Origin: an archaeon | GTDB lineage: Archaea > Asgardarchaeota > Thorarchaeia > Thorarchaeales > Thorarchaeaceae | Reading direction: 5' to 3' | DNA: 32,000 nt | Assembly: GCA_024275415.1 (NCBI GenBank) | Contig: JAJRZD010000059.1 | Coordinates: 30,001-62,000 of the forward strand | In this document: one piece after another, positions 1 through 9,824 of the stretch | Layout: every line of letters starts with the position of its first letter | Position numbering within the stretch: position 1 is the first letter of the stretch | Program-made: the position numbers and the translations under genes | Notes under the pieces: generated by a model | The model's input: the letters and a program-made list of their open reading frames with translations, nothing else | Databases searched by the model: none | Told to the model about the DNA's origin: nothing

Positions 1-1
1 A

Positions 2-1426
2 TTCACTCAAGAAGATGCTGTCAAATGGACGAGTGAGGGGAAGAAAGTAATCCTCATCAGAGAAGAAACGAGCCCCGAAGATATCGAAGGGATGCGGGCA
101 GCCGTAGGACTGTTGACTGCACGAGGTGGGATGACCAGCCACGCAGCATTGGTGACACGTGGATGGGGCAAATGTTGTATCGTTGGAGCGTCGGAGCTGG
201 AGATAGACCCCTTTGAGAAGAAGATGTCAGTTGATGGCAAGATTTACAGTGAAGGGGACGTGCTGACATTGAACGGCACACTTGGACTTGTCTATGAAGG
301 CGAGCTTCCTATGATGGATTCTACAAAGAACCCGAGGCTCCAAGAGTTCATGTCCCTAGTTGACAAGTACAGACGACTTGGCGTTCGTGCGAATGCCGAA
401 ACACCAGAGGATGCCAAAATAGCCCTCGACTTCGGTGCCGAAGGAATTGGTCTTTTCAGAACCGAACATATGTTCTATGGCGAAGGGTCAGACGAGCCCC
501 TCTTCCTTCTGAGGAAGATGATAATGAGCAATACTAAGGCTGAACGGGAGTTGGCTCTGGAAGAACTAATGCCATATATGAAAGCAGATGTCAGGTCAGT
601 TCTGGAAATCATGGACGGAAGACCGGTCACTATCAGGTTGCTTGACCCGCCACTTCACGAGTTCGTCCCGAAAAGCAAGATTGGCCAAGAACGTCTGGCA
701 CTTGCATTGGACATCGATATCGATGAAGTACGAAAACGAGGAGATGCACTACATGAGAGTAACCCAATGATGGGACATCGAGGCGTGCGACTGGGAATCA
801 CTGAGCCCGAAGTCTATGAGATGCAAGTGAGAGCAATACTCGAAGCAGCAGCAGAAATGCTCAAGGACGGCAAGAAAGTCAAACTTGAGATTATGATCCC
901 TGTCACTGTGGGCTCTGCAGAACTGAGGGCTATGAAGATGGCTGTTGACAGGATATACGAAGAGGTCAAGGAAGAGCAAGGAATTGACATCGACTTCTTG
1001 TATGGCACGATGATCGAACTCCCGCGTGCCTGCATGCGAGCTGCTGACATGGCAGAGAGCGCAGAGTTCTTCAGCTTTGGAACAAACGACCTGAGCCAGA
1101 TGAGCTTTGGCTTCAGTCGGGACGACATCGACTCTTTCTTGCCAAAGTACCTTGAGATGCACCTACTTCGAAACGACCCCTTTGTCAGTATTGACAAAAG
1201 AGGTGTCGGTCAGCTTATCGAGATAGCTATCGAGCGAGGACGAAAGACACGTCCAGACATAAAGCTAGGTGTGTGTGGTGAGCACGGTGGTGATGCGAGG
1301 TCGGTGGAGTTCTTCCACAAGATTGGCCTGGACTATGTATCATGTTCGCCGTTCAGACTCCCCATTGCAAGGCTGGCTGCTGCCCAAGCTGCAATCAAAG
1401 AAGAACGTGGGCTTCCATACCTCTGA
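2..1426 (+). CDS. ppdK: Pyruvate, phosphate dikinase, 3' part (5' end lies outside the window)
   Basis: Frame is open from base 2 (FTQEDAVKW...REETSPEDIEGM). Motifs: phospho-His GGMTSHAA, GIGLFRTEHMF, TIRLLDPPLHEF, NPMMGHRGVRL, FSFGTNDLSQM, GVCGEHGG. Confidence 0.97.
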   Translation, partial: FTQEDAVKWTSEGKKVILIREETSPEDIEGMRAAVGLLTARGGMTSHAALVTRGWGKCCIVGASELEIDPFEKKMSVDGKIYSEGDVLTLNGTLGLVYEGELPMMDSTKNPRLQEFMSLVDKYRRLGVRANAETPEDAKIALDFGAEGIGLFRTEHMFYGEGSDEPLFLLRKMIMSNTKAERELALEELMPYMKADVRSVLEIMDGRPVTIRLLDPPLHEFVPKSKIGQERLALALDIDIDEVRKRGDALHESNPMMGHRGVRLGITEPEVYEMQVRAILEAAAEMLKDGKKVKLEIMIPVTVGSAELRAMKMAVDRIYEEVKEEQGIDIDFLYGTMIELPRACMRAADMAESAEFFSFGTNDLSQMSFGFSRDDIDSFLPKYLEMHLLRNDPFVSIDKRGVGQLIEIAIERGRKTRPDIKLGVCGEHGGDARSVEFFHKIGLDYVSCSPFRLPIARLAAAQAAIKEERGLPYL

Positions 1427-1520
1427 TGATTATCCCACATGAGTCGATTGACGCAAGCATCTGCAAAACGTCAATCGGACTCCTATTTCTTTTATGCAGG
1501 CAAGCACCATCAGTAGCGTA

Positions 1521-2087
1521 CTATATTCCCCTTCGAATCCAATTGACAAGTTCTGCATGCATCAAATTCTCTTCCATGAACACATCTCGGTATTCAGGAT
1601 TCCTGAGCCGGAGCCAGACACAGGTAATGCCTAAATCGAAACCGATGATTTTCACATACATTTCAAGCTCGCTTGGTCTAAAGATTAAGATTGCAAGGAT
1701 CATGCTTACGCCCAGCAGCACGATGACAAGCGGAAGTCCAATGGAAACAGGTCGCCCTAATGATAGGTCACCACTAGCAAAGATGACCTCAACCAACAAC
1801 AAGGAGATAAGAATACCAGTAGTGGCCGCACAAAGGCACTTGCCACGTTCGCGTTCGTCGTCTGGCTGGTAATGCTCATCGCAGACGTACACGAGCATGG
1901 ATCTAGTTCCAGGACCCGAAAGCCTAGCACCCTTGTAAGTCCTGACAGGGCCCTCACGGGGGGCTACCATAATACGTGAGCGTCTTTTAGCACTCCCACC
2001 ACATACCGGGCAGATATGTGGAAACCGAGCCTTGTCGATGTCTATGCGAACCAAAGGTTCCTCGAAATATTCAGTCCATTCAGGCAT
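1521..2087 (-). CDS. Hypothetical membrane protein with putative zinc site (CPVC...CDEH) and two TM helices
   Basis: 188-aa ORF. N-terminal CxxC plus CxxH, followed by two hydrophobic stretches (ILISLLLVEVIF; LPLVIVLLGVSMILAILIF). Confidence 0.75.
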   Translation of the reverse strand: MPEWTEYFEEPLVRIDIDKARFPHICPVCGGSAKRRSRIMVAPREGPVRTYKGARLSGPGTRSMLVYVCDEHYQPDDERERGKCLCAATTGILISLLLVEVIFASGDLSLGRPVSIGLPLVIVLLGVSMILAILIFRPSELEMYVKIIGFDLGITCVWLRLRNPEYRDVFMEENLMHAELVNWIRRGI

Positions 2088-2249
2088 AGCATTTGAGCTA
2101 GCAGTGTCAATGAATACATTAGTATATCGGAGAAAGCAGAATTACAAACAGTCACTGGATTGACTGCTGATGCCAGTAGGGCACACGCCTGAAAATTCAT
2201 CTCAAAAGCCATAAGTCCTCAACCCGAACTTGTTTCCGGTGAAGGCTGG

Positions 2250-2933
2250 ATGCAAGTGGGGATAGTAGTTGGGATACTTCTTCTGTTTGCTCTGTGCCTT
2301 ACCATCATAACTGTCTGTATGGTATCGAAAGCTTGTTTGGATAATTCGCGTCCAACAACAGATAAGATATACAGCTGGATCGATGACTTTGGGGGGTCAG
2401 CGAGAAGACTCAAACTGCGGTATGTTTCAGACCATAATGTTGCCAGCAGCGAATCCGCTGTGAGTGCCGGAGAAGGTGCCCTAAAAACCAGACTGAATAT
2501 TGATGATGAAGCCCACTATGATCCAACAGCAGAGCCTGAGTTACCATTTGGAAGGTATGGGAAGCCTAGGTACACGCCAAAAGAGGTTTCATCGCTTGGA
2601 CTGGAACTTTGGACTTCCCGGATGCTCTCATGGAGAGAGTCCCTTAGTATTGACAAGAAGTGCAGACTCCTATTCAAAGAAGCAAAGCATGAGCTGGAAC
2701 GGATTGGTCTGACAATCATTGATTCGCAGGAAACGTCTGAGGGTATCCTCTATACGGCAGATATCAATGCCAGCGGTTATGATAGGTCTATCAATGAGAG
2801 AGTTATTGTTAAAATCCGGATCTACGGGACACATGGATCAAGAACCTGTGTGGTCGAGATCTCGGTTTTTTCGCGGGACAAAGAAGCTGTCATCCAGTTA
2901 GCAGAACAGGTCAAACAAGCTCTCTGGCAATAA
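2250..2933 (+). CDS. Hypothetical protein with N-terminal membrane anchor
   Basis: 227-aa ORF. N-terminal hydrophobic helix (VGIVVGILLLFALCLTIITV), then a soluble alpha/beta-patterned region. Confidence 0.65.
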   Translation: MQVGIVVGILLLFALCLTIITVCMVSKACLDNSRPTTDKIYSWIDDFGGSARRLKLRYVSDHNVASSESAVSAGEGALKTRLNIDDEAHYDPTAEPELPFGRYGKPRYTPKEVSSLGLELWTSRMLSWRESLSIDKKCRLLFKEAKHELERIGLTIIDSQETSEGILYTADINASGYDRSINERVIVKIRIYGTHGSRTCVVEISVFSRDKEAVIQLAEQVKQALWQ

Positions 2934-3422
2934 TAGATATCTCAGAAGCTATGAAACCAATCGGGAATCTATTGGGATTGATTTGGAAAACAGGAATAGC
3001 AGCATTGGAAAGGAGTGAGAGAGAAATAACACGACCAATCAATCATGCTGGCTCTACACCCATGCTGCCATTCCTGTAAAGAAGAGAATAGGCTTCACTA
3101 GTCCTGTATCTTGAAAGAATATCATTCTAATTCTTGAACACACCTGCCCAAGCTTTAGAACAGTAAATAGTGGCGTAGAAGTAAGAACAGCCGTTCCCGA
3201 TACAGTGATGTTCATCTATGGCAGCATGGTATCTGACCTCCAGAAGCGGATATAGTGCGGAAGACAACGGAAACAGCAGGATCTTGATGGTCACATCAAT
3301 CGTGATGGTTCAAACCACCCATCTCAAAATAGTACTATTTTGGAGGATAATCTGGGAATGGTCGAATGGCGTGACGAAACCAACGGCAGACTGATAACCA
3401 TACGTCAAGATACAATGACCTG

Positions 3423-3779
3423 ATGTTTCAATCCATCAAAGAATTCCGTGAAGCACAAGACAAGCGAAGGATCAAACTCGAAGCTGAAGTGAGAAGGCTT
3501 GTCCTAAAGCTAAGCGAACTAGGTGCAATAAAGCTCATCCTTTTCGGTTCTCTTGCTAGCGGAAAGATCACGCCTTGGAGCGACGTAGACCTTCTTGTGA
3601 TCGTTCCCAACCATGAGAGTAGCAAAGAGTGGAGACGGATAATATATGAGGACTTGGAACGGAAAGTCGCTGTAGATGTCCTTGTGTTCACCGAAGAAGA
3701 ATATCATGCGAATCTTGTTCATAGTAGCCTGCTGCAAACGATTGCACAGACGGGAGTTCTGATATATGAACGGAAATGA
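3423..3779 (+). CDS. Minimal nucleotidyltransferase (MNT, Pol-beta superfamily), antitoxin-type
   Basis: LILFGSLASG...SDVDLLVI (GS + DxD) and VDVLV. Overlaps the downstream HEPN gene. Confidence 0.9.
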   Translation: MFQSIKEFREAQDKRRIKLEAEVRRLVLKLSELGAIKLILFGSLASGKITPWSDVDLLVIVPNHESSKEWRRIIYEDLERKVAVDVLVFTEEEYHANLVHSSLLQTIAQTGVLIYERK

Positions 3780-4173
3780 ACTTGACGGAGCAAGGAGATG
3801 GCTCATCCAAGCCGAGGACGAGCTTGAAGATGCCCGCCTGCTCCTCGAAGCGAAACGGTATTACCTGACGTTGTACCTGAGCCAGCAGAGTGCAGAGAAG
3901 GCGCTGAAAGCATTCCTTTTTAGCCAAGGTGTGAAACCGATACTCACTCATTCTGTCAGTGATCTCCTCAATCTATCTGCAGAAATCGATCCCTCTTTTG
4001 AGAAATTGAAACCATCTGGTCGTTTGGATGACTACTATATTCCCACTCGGTATCCAAACGGATTGCCCGGTGGGATTCCCTCGCGATACTATCAAAATGC
4101 TGATGAGGCACAGCGAGCCATCGTACTGAGTGAGAAGGTCATAGAAAAAGTCCGCAATGTCATTGATAGGTGA
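3766..4173 (+). CDS. HEPN domain protein (COG2250-type), partner of the MNT
   Basis: WLIQAEDEL, SQQSAEKALKA, THSV and YIPTRYP motifs. 14-nt overlap with the MNT. Confidence 0.9.
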   Translation: MNGNELDGARRWLIQAEDELEDARLLLEAKRYYLTLYLSQQSAEKALKAFLFSQGVKPILTHSVSDLLNLSAEIDPSFEKLKPSGRLDDYYIPTRYPNGLPGGIPSRYYQNADEAQRAIVLSEKVIEKVRNVIDR

Positions 4174-4370
4174 AACCATGAATCTTTGGTCACCACGACC
4201 ACGCCTGGATCACAATTACTTCAACAACGCGTGTTAACAAGGTGCTCGACTAGAAGATTCCCGATCGGATACAATGCGGATACTGGGAGTCGGGCGACCA
4301 AAGCCCAAGTCGATACTGTTTTTACTTGCCGTTCACATAGAACCTTATAATCGCGTTTGGAGATAGAGGC

Positions 4371-5513
4371 TTGAAGGTTCTAGTGCTTGGTTCTGGTCAG
4401 ATGGGCAAGGGTGCAGCATATGACCTCGTACGTAATGATAAGGTCGAACAGGTGATTTGTGCAGACATCAACGAGTCGATGGCAAAAAGACTGGCGGACG
4501 AAATGGGTGGCAAGGCCATTGCGAAAAGGGTTGATGCAAAAAACCGTGACCAGCTTGTTAGTGCTTTCTCTGAGGTTGATTCGGTCATCAGTGCTGTTAG
4601 TTACACAGTCAATCTCTTGCACACAGAAGTCGCCATTGAAACTGCGACTCATATGTGTGACCTTGGAGGAAACCTGAGTGTGGTGAAGGATCAGCTCGCA
4701 TTGCATGACAGGGCAAAGGATGCTGGGATTACAGTGGTGCCGGATTGTGGGCTTGCTCCAGGAATGGTGAGCGTCCTCGCGCGGGCTGGGATCGAGGCAT
4801 TGAACAGTGTAGAGGAGGTCAAGATCCGTGTGGGAGGGCTACAGCAAGAACCGAGACCACCGCTGAATTATGCTCTGATATTCTCTGTCGAAGGGCTCAT
4901 CAACGAGTACGTCGAGCCATGTATGGTGTTGCGTGATGGGAAGATAACATACGAAGACCCGCTTGTTGGGTTCGAGCAGGTAGAGTTCCCTGAGCCTTTT
5001 GGCACTCTTGAAGCATTCAATACGAGTGGTGGGACTTCGACCCTGCCTCTGACCTATGAGGGGAAGATAAAGAACCTAGACTACAAGACCTTGCGGTATC
5101 CCGGTCACGGACACAAGATGTGGTGCCTGATGAAGCTGGGCTTGATGGATGGTGAGGAACAGGACTTTGATGGCGTCCGCATCGCCCCACGAAAGGTGTT
5201 GGAGAAGATGCTGGAGAATAACCTCCCTGAGTCAGGGAAGGATGCCACTCTCGTCCGTGTGACAGTGTCTGGTTGGAAAGGAACCGAGTCACGCCAACTC
5301 ATTTATGAGATGATCGACTATTTTGATGATGCGAGTGGATTGACCTCTATGATGCGCACGACATCGTTCCCGGCAGCGGTGACTGCGGTGATGATGGCTG
5401 ATGACACCATTGTTGACAGAGGAGTCCTTCCGCCTGAGCGATCGATACCTCCTGAACCTTTCATCAAGGCGTTGCGTGAAAGAGGATTGAACATAGAATT
5501 CAAGCAGATTTGA
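4371..5513 (+). CDS. Lysine 6-dehydrogenase / saccharopine dehydrogenase family protein
   Basis: TTG start. Rossmann VLVLGSGQMG, DCGLAPG, VGGLQQ, FSVEGLINEY, TSGGTSTLP, YKTLRYPGH. Confidence 0.88.
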   Translation: MKVLVLGSGQMGKGAAYDLVRNDKVEQVICADINESMAKRLADEMGGKAIAKRVDAKNRDQLVSAFSEVDSVISAVSYTVNLLHTEVAIETATHMCDLGGNLSVVKDQLALHDRAKDAGITVVPDCGLAPGMVSVLARAGIEALNSVEEVKIRVGGLQQEPRPPLNYALIFSVEGLINEYVEPCMVLRDGKITYEDPLVGFEQVEFPEPFGTLEAFNTSGGTSTLPLTYEGKIKNLDYKTLRYPGHGHKMWCLMKLGLMDGEEQDFDGVRIAPRKVLEKMLENNLPESGKDATLVRVTVSGWKGTESRQLIYEMIDYFDDASGLTSMMRTTSFPAAVTAVMMADDTIVDRGVLPPERSIPPEPFIKALRERGLNIEFKQI

Positions 5514-5580
5514 AGGTGGTTATGTATCTGGTCTTCCTCGTAGGAAACAATATCAGCAACCACAATACTATGTTGATGCA

Positions 5581-6813
5581 GTGAAATTGATGACTGCGTT
5601 CAAACACATATTTGAGAAGACACTTGAGGCGCGGGAAATCCTGAAAGGGATTGCCCACCGGACGCGACTAGACCACTCGTCCACGTTCTCAAGACTTTGT
5701 GATGGCGATGTGTATTTGAAATTGGAGAACCTGCAAAAGACAGGCTCGTTCAAGGTACGAGGAGCTGCGTACGCGATGTCCCAGCTCAGTGACAAGGAGA
5801 AGGAAGCAGGGGTCATTGCAGCATCAGCTGGAAATCATGCACAGGGTGTAGCATATGCTGCCACACGGCTAGGAATCAAGTCGACCATCGTAATGCCTAT
5901 CTTCTCCCCGATTGCCAAAATACATGCGACCCGGGCCTATGGAGCTAAGGTCATTCTGCACGGGACAACATTCGATGATGCTCTCGCATTCGCTCTTGAA
6001 ACCTCTGAAAAGACAGGGGCCACATTCCTGCACCCATTCAATGACGTAGATGTTATCGCAGGACAAGGAACCATCGGGTTGGAGATCTTGGACGAACTCC
6101 CTGATGTAGACGTAGTTGCCGTCCCAGTCGGAGGCGGAGGGATTTCCGCAGGTATCGCCGTTACGATGAAAGAACAGAAACCCGAAGTGGAGGTATATGG
6201 AGCTGAAGCAGCGACTGCAGCCTCGCTTCAGGCATCGCTCAAGGCAGGGCGGGTCACGACCGTACAGGGCCTCGACACCGTATGTGACGGTATCGCAGTC
6301 AAGACCATTGGTGACAAGACGTTCAATATCGCCAAGGAACTGTTGAGTGGTGTTGCTACAGTCAAGGATCTTGAAGTTACGAGAACGCTATTCCTCCTTC
6401 TGGAACGAGCGAAGATTGTCGTTGAGCCTGCTGGGTGTGTGGGTCTCACGGCCTTTCAGTTCAAACACATCGATATCAAGGACAAGGTAGCAGTCGCTGT
6501 TCTCTCAGGTGGGAATATCGACATGAGCTTCATGGCGCGGGTCGTCGAAAAGGAACTCTACCGTCTTGGGCGTTCAGTGAGGCTCAAAGGTACGATTCCT
6601 GATAGGGTGGGCACACTGAACAAGGTGATTGGTATCGTGGCAGAATCGGGTGTGAGTGTTATCGAGTTGAATCAGGACAGGACTGATCCCGACATCGCTC
6701 CGAACAAGACTGACCTTACAATGATTCTTGAGGTCCCAGACGAATCGGCTGTCGAGAAGCTTCTTAGACTTCTAGACGAGTCCGGTTTCAGTTTTCATCG
6801 GTTTGAGGACTAG
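5581..6813 (+). CDS. ilvA: Threonine ammonia-lyase (PLP-dependent) with C-terminal ACT domain
   Basis: LKLENLQKTGSFKVRGA (PLP Lys), SAGNHAQG, VPVGGGG, SGGNID, and ACT-like IPDRVGTL. May be the catabolic (TdcB-like) type. Confidence 0.92.
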   Translation: MKLMTAFKHIFEKTLEAREILKGIAHRTRLDHSSTFSRLCDGDVYLKLENLQKTGSFKVRGAAYAMSQLSDKEKEAGVIAASAGNHAQGVAYAATRLGIKSTIVMPIFSPIAKIHATRAYGAKVILHGTTFDDALAFALETSEKTGATFLHPFNDVDVIAGQGTIGLEILDELPDVDVVAVPVGGGGISAGIAVTMKEQKPEVEVYGAEAATAASLQASLKAGRVTTVQGLDTVCDGIAVKTIGDKTFNIAKELLSGVATVKDLEVTRTLFLLLERAKIVVEPAGCVGLTAFQFKHIDIKDKVAVAVLSGGNIDMSFMARVVEKELYRLGRSVRLKGTIPDRVGTLNKVIGIVAESGVSVIELNQDRTDPDIAPNKTDLTMILEVPDESAVEKLLRLLDESGFSFHRFED

Positions 6814-7756
6814 AGGTAGTCTTCTTGCTCCTAGGACGAAGTGTCGTGTAAACCAACAACACTCCCGCCACCCCAATGAAAACGAACGAATATGCCCTGA
6901 GATAGTCAGCGTAAATCTGATACCAGAAGACCTGAGCATCCACTTGTAGGGTTCTTGCGAGTTGTGCTGTGCCTTGGAGCCCGCTCACCATCCATGTGCT
7001 GGTTTCGTGGACGATTGCAGAATCCAGTGTGTCAGACATGCTGGTTGACCGCCCAGTGGTCAGTCTAAAGGCTGTCAGGTTGTCAAGGCTTCCATAAGTG
7101 ATGCCCACTTCGATTTCTGTCATCCCCGAAACCGCTTCCATGATGCCCGTTCCCTTTGTCAGGCTCTGACTATCATCCTTTCCCACTGCAATAAGGAGAT
7201 TGCCTTCGACCACACTGAACGATTCATCTGTCAGTCTGCCCAAGTCACCGAATGCTACGACTGCCCTTGGCGTGTCTGAGTATTGCATCATCCTGAGCGC
7301 GACCTGAATCCCTTCGTCATGAGCGAGGATACCAAAGGTCTCTTGATTCACTTCATAGGTACTCCTTACGAAATCTAGGGCTCTGAGGTACGTCGTTGCG
7401 GAATCATTCAACGTGCTCTCATCCAGCAATCCCATGGCAATCTCTAGCTTTCGGGACTCGACAGAGATGACTGTCATGTTCCTCCTTGCAAGCTCGATGT
7501 TGAATGCGAACAGGGTGTCAACTGACTCACCTGTTCCGTAGATCGAAACGACCACAGGAGTCAGGGTTTCAATTGTTGGATAGTAAGGGCGGTAGACTAC
7601 GACAGAAACGTTTGTGCCATCATGATTCAGGACAGACTTGCGAACCACCTCCAAATCGCCAAGCCCTCTCTGAACGCTGTACGAGAGAATGAATGATGAT
7701 GAGAGAAGCGTGATGCCTATCAGCAGCATCGCATAGAAGACCCTTTTGTCCAACAT
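6788..7756 (-). CDS. Membrane-anchored alpha/beta-hydrolase-fold protein with atypical nucleophile elbow
   Basis: N- and C-terminal TM helices. PVVVSIYG..., IELARRNMTVISV and FGILAHDEG align with the HG, ELARRG and GHSxG motifs of the fold. 26-nt convergent overlap with ilvA. Confidence 0.7.
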   Translation of the reverse strand: MLDKRVFYAMLLIGITLLSSSFILSYSVQRGLGDLEVVRKSVLNHDGTNVSVVVYRPYYPTIETLTPVVVSIYGTGESVDTLFAFNIELARRNMTVISVESRKLEIAMGLLDESTLNDSATTYLRALDFVRSTYEVNQETFGILAHDEGIQVALRMMQYSDTPRAVVAFGDLGRLTDESFSVVEGNLLIAVGKDDSQSLTKGTGIMEAVSGMTEIEVGITYGSLDNLTAFRLTTGRSTSMSDTLDSAIVHETSTWMVSGLQGTAQLARTLQVDAQVFWYQIYADYLRAYSFVFIGVAGVLLVYTTLRPRSKKTTSSPQTDEN

Positions 7757-7843
7757 CGAATCACCAATTGGATTGCCTCGTCTGTCGAATGAGATAAACT
7801 CATCGGTTCCATGTGGGTCTTAGGATAGAACCATGTCCATAAA

Positions 7844-7889
7844 AGTTGCATGATTTTAGTTAATTTTATATATGGGTGACGAGTTGCAT
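7844..7889. promoter_or_regulatory. Divergent promoter with TATA box flanked by two AGTTGCAT direct repeats
   Basis: TTTTATATAT at 7864-7873. AGTTGCAT at 7844-7851 and 7882-7889. Confidence 0.5.
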
Positions 7890-7906
7890 ATAATTGGTTA
7901 ACTAGT

Positions 7907-8380
7907 ATGTTCCCGTTCAAGAGCTTGCGTTATCCCACACCAGAACAGAGCAAGATCTGGTTCAGACGAAAACAAGGAAAAGCGCCATCCGCCATTGCGA
8001 CAGAAATGGGTGTTTCCAGGCCCTACGTGAGTCAGGCACAACGGATAGCAGAACGACGCATTGAAGGCTTACTTAGACATATGGCATCAGCAAACCGCAT
8101 TGACTTGAAGCACATCAGTCCCCAGCATGGCATTGCAGTAGGCGAGTGTCCTGCTCTGAACACGACTGTGTACTTTACCTATACATCAGCAATGGGTGTC
8201 CAAACATGGTATCGTCATCAAGGGGATTGCAAGAAATGCAATATGATTGCTAGTTGTAATGAAATCCTGAAGACGCTCTCTAAGGAATGGGGCATCAAGA
8301 TTCCCAAGGACAAGGCACCTACAGAGGTGGGTGTACAACTATTCGATAAAATTATGGAGGAATTAGGTTGGACGAAATAA
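7907..8380 (+). CDS. HTH transcriptional regulator with C-terminal Cys cluster
   Basis: HTH APSAIATEMGVSRPYVSQ. C-terminal ECP...HQGDCKKC...SC. AT-rich TATA-containing region upstream. Confidence 0.75.
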   Translation: MFPFKSLRYPTPEQSKIWFRRKQGKAPSAIATEMGVSRPYVSQAQRIAERRIEGLLRHMASANRIDLKHISPQHGIAVGECPALNTTVYFTYTSAMGVQTWYRHQGDCKKCNMIASCNEILKTLSKEWGIKIPKDKAPTEVGVQLFDKIMEELGWTK

Positions 8381-8466
8381 AATCGGTAGCACCGTTTGAG
8401 ATTTGCCGTATCCCCCCAAAGCCAACGGTCAGGACTCATTATTTGAACCATGGAACAATCAAGTTC

Positions 8467-8727
8467 ATGAAACAGCGCAAGGTCATCACATTCATGATAG
8501 TGGTATTGATTGGTGTCACAGCATGGGCTCCTTGGATAACTGAGGATTACGCTCGAACTGCGGTCGTTGAAAGTTTGGGCGGAGAGGATGCCCAGTACTT
8601 CTATCTTGGTGAGAATGTGACAATATCAGAAATCCCGATTAGAACCGTCAGAGTTCCCTTTGCGATCCTGGTCTACTTTCCGAGTGAGGCGATGTTCATT
8701 GTTACTTTTTGGGGTGCTGTGATCTGA
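8467..8727 (+). CDS. Small membrane or secreted hypothetical protein
   Basis: Likely start at ATG 8467 (MKQRKVITFMIVVLIGVTAWAPW, signal-like). The track's 8368 start overlaps the upstream gene. Confidence 0.65.
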   Translation: MKQRKVITFMIVVLIGVTAWAPWITEDYARTAVVESLGGEDAQYFYLGENVTISEIPIRTVRVPFAILVYFPSEAMFIVTFWGAVI

Positions 8728-8870
8728 GTGTCACTATCAATGAATACGAACAAATGATATCCAGTAATAGTTGCAGCCTACTACTCTTATAGTGAGTGTT
8801 CCTCCGATGAGATTTCAGTACACGCAATCATCAACTGGAGGAACATCGTTGCCATGGAGTCTGCTCTGGT

Positions 8871-9824
8871 TTAGTAACTTACACCGAGCTTCTTGGAAAG
8901 CCTCTCTAACATATCCTTGACCATTGCTGGAAGGTCATAGTCTGGTTTCCAACCCCATTCATCTCGTGCAGCACTATCATCAATAGACTTTGGCCAACTC
9001 TCAGCAATCTGCTGTCTGAAATCCGGTTCGTACGAGATCTCAAATTCAGGGATGTGCTTCTTTATCTCGGCTGCAATCTCTTCTGGTGCGAAGGACATCG
9101 CCGTGATGTTGAAGCTCCGGTGGACAAGATTCTCTGCTGGCGCCTCGATGAGGTCGATGGTACACTTGATACAATCAGGCATATACATCATCGGCAGGTA
9201 CGTTCCCTTGTCCAGAAACGAAGTGTACCGTTTGTTCTTCAGTGCCTCGTAGAATATCTCAACGGCATAGTCTGTTGTCCCACCCCCTGGCAAAGCCTCG
9301 GAGCTGATGATGCCAGGGTATCGCAGCGAACGAAAATCAAGACCATATCTCTTTACATAGTACTCGCCCCACAGTTCGATGAACACCTTCGAAACGCCAT
9401 ACGCTGTGGTAGGGCGCATGATCACATCGTTGGGGGTGTTGTCCTTCGGTGTGCTGGGGCCAAAGGCTGCAATAGAACTCGGGATCATGACTTGATCGAG
9501 TCCAAGTATCCTCGTCGCCTCAAGCACATTGTAAGCTCCTACTATATTTGTGTGAAAGGCGAGTTGTGGATTCTTCTCTCCCGTACCAGACAGAAGTGAG
9601 GCGTTGTGGATAATGATGTCGATGTCCTGATCGACAAGCATCGCATGAAGCTGGTTCGTGTCCATCACATCGAGCTGGAGATACGGACCATCCTCCTTCA
9701 GGACTGCGGGAGGCTTTTTCCTACCTGTGGCGATGACATTCTCGCCACCATATTTCTGCCTCAGAGCGCCGATAAGCTCAGTTCCGATTTGCCCATAACT
9801 GCCAGTCACAAGTATCCGTTTCAT
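8871..9824 (-). CDS. tdh: L-threonine 3-dehydrogenase, SDR / UDP-galactose-4-epimerase-like type
   Basis: ILVTGSYGQIG, SSIAAFG, YGVSK (YxxxK), LRYPGIIS, PGGGTTDYAV, LPMMYMPD: diagnostic of SDR-type ThrDH. Confidence 0.9.
   Translation of the reverse strand: MKRILVTGSYGQIGTELIGALRQKYGGENVIATGRKKPPAVLKEDGPYLQLDVMDTNQLHAMLVDQDIDIIIHNASLLSGTGEKNPQLAFHTNIVGAYNVLEATRILGLDQVMIPSSIAAFGPSTPKDNTPNDVIMRPTTAYGVSKVFIELWGEYYVKRYGLDFRSLRYPGIISSEALPGGGTTDYAVEIFYEALKNKRYTSFLDKGTYLPMMYMPDCIKCTIDLIEAPAENLVHRSFNITAMSFAPEEIAAEIKKHIPEFEISYEPDFRQQIAESWPKSIDDSAARDEWGWKPDYDLPAMVKDMLERLSKKLGVSY

Noticed and set aside
3208-3423. Frame MFIYGSMVSDLQKRI*CGRQ...DTMT with an internal TAG upstream of the MNT
   Set aside because: The sequence after the stop is low-complexity and resembles no family I recognise. 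The FIYGS similarity to GGCT/MNT motifs is too short.
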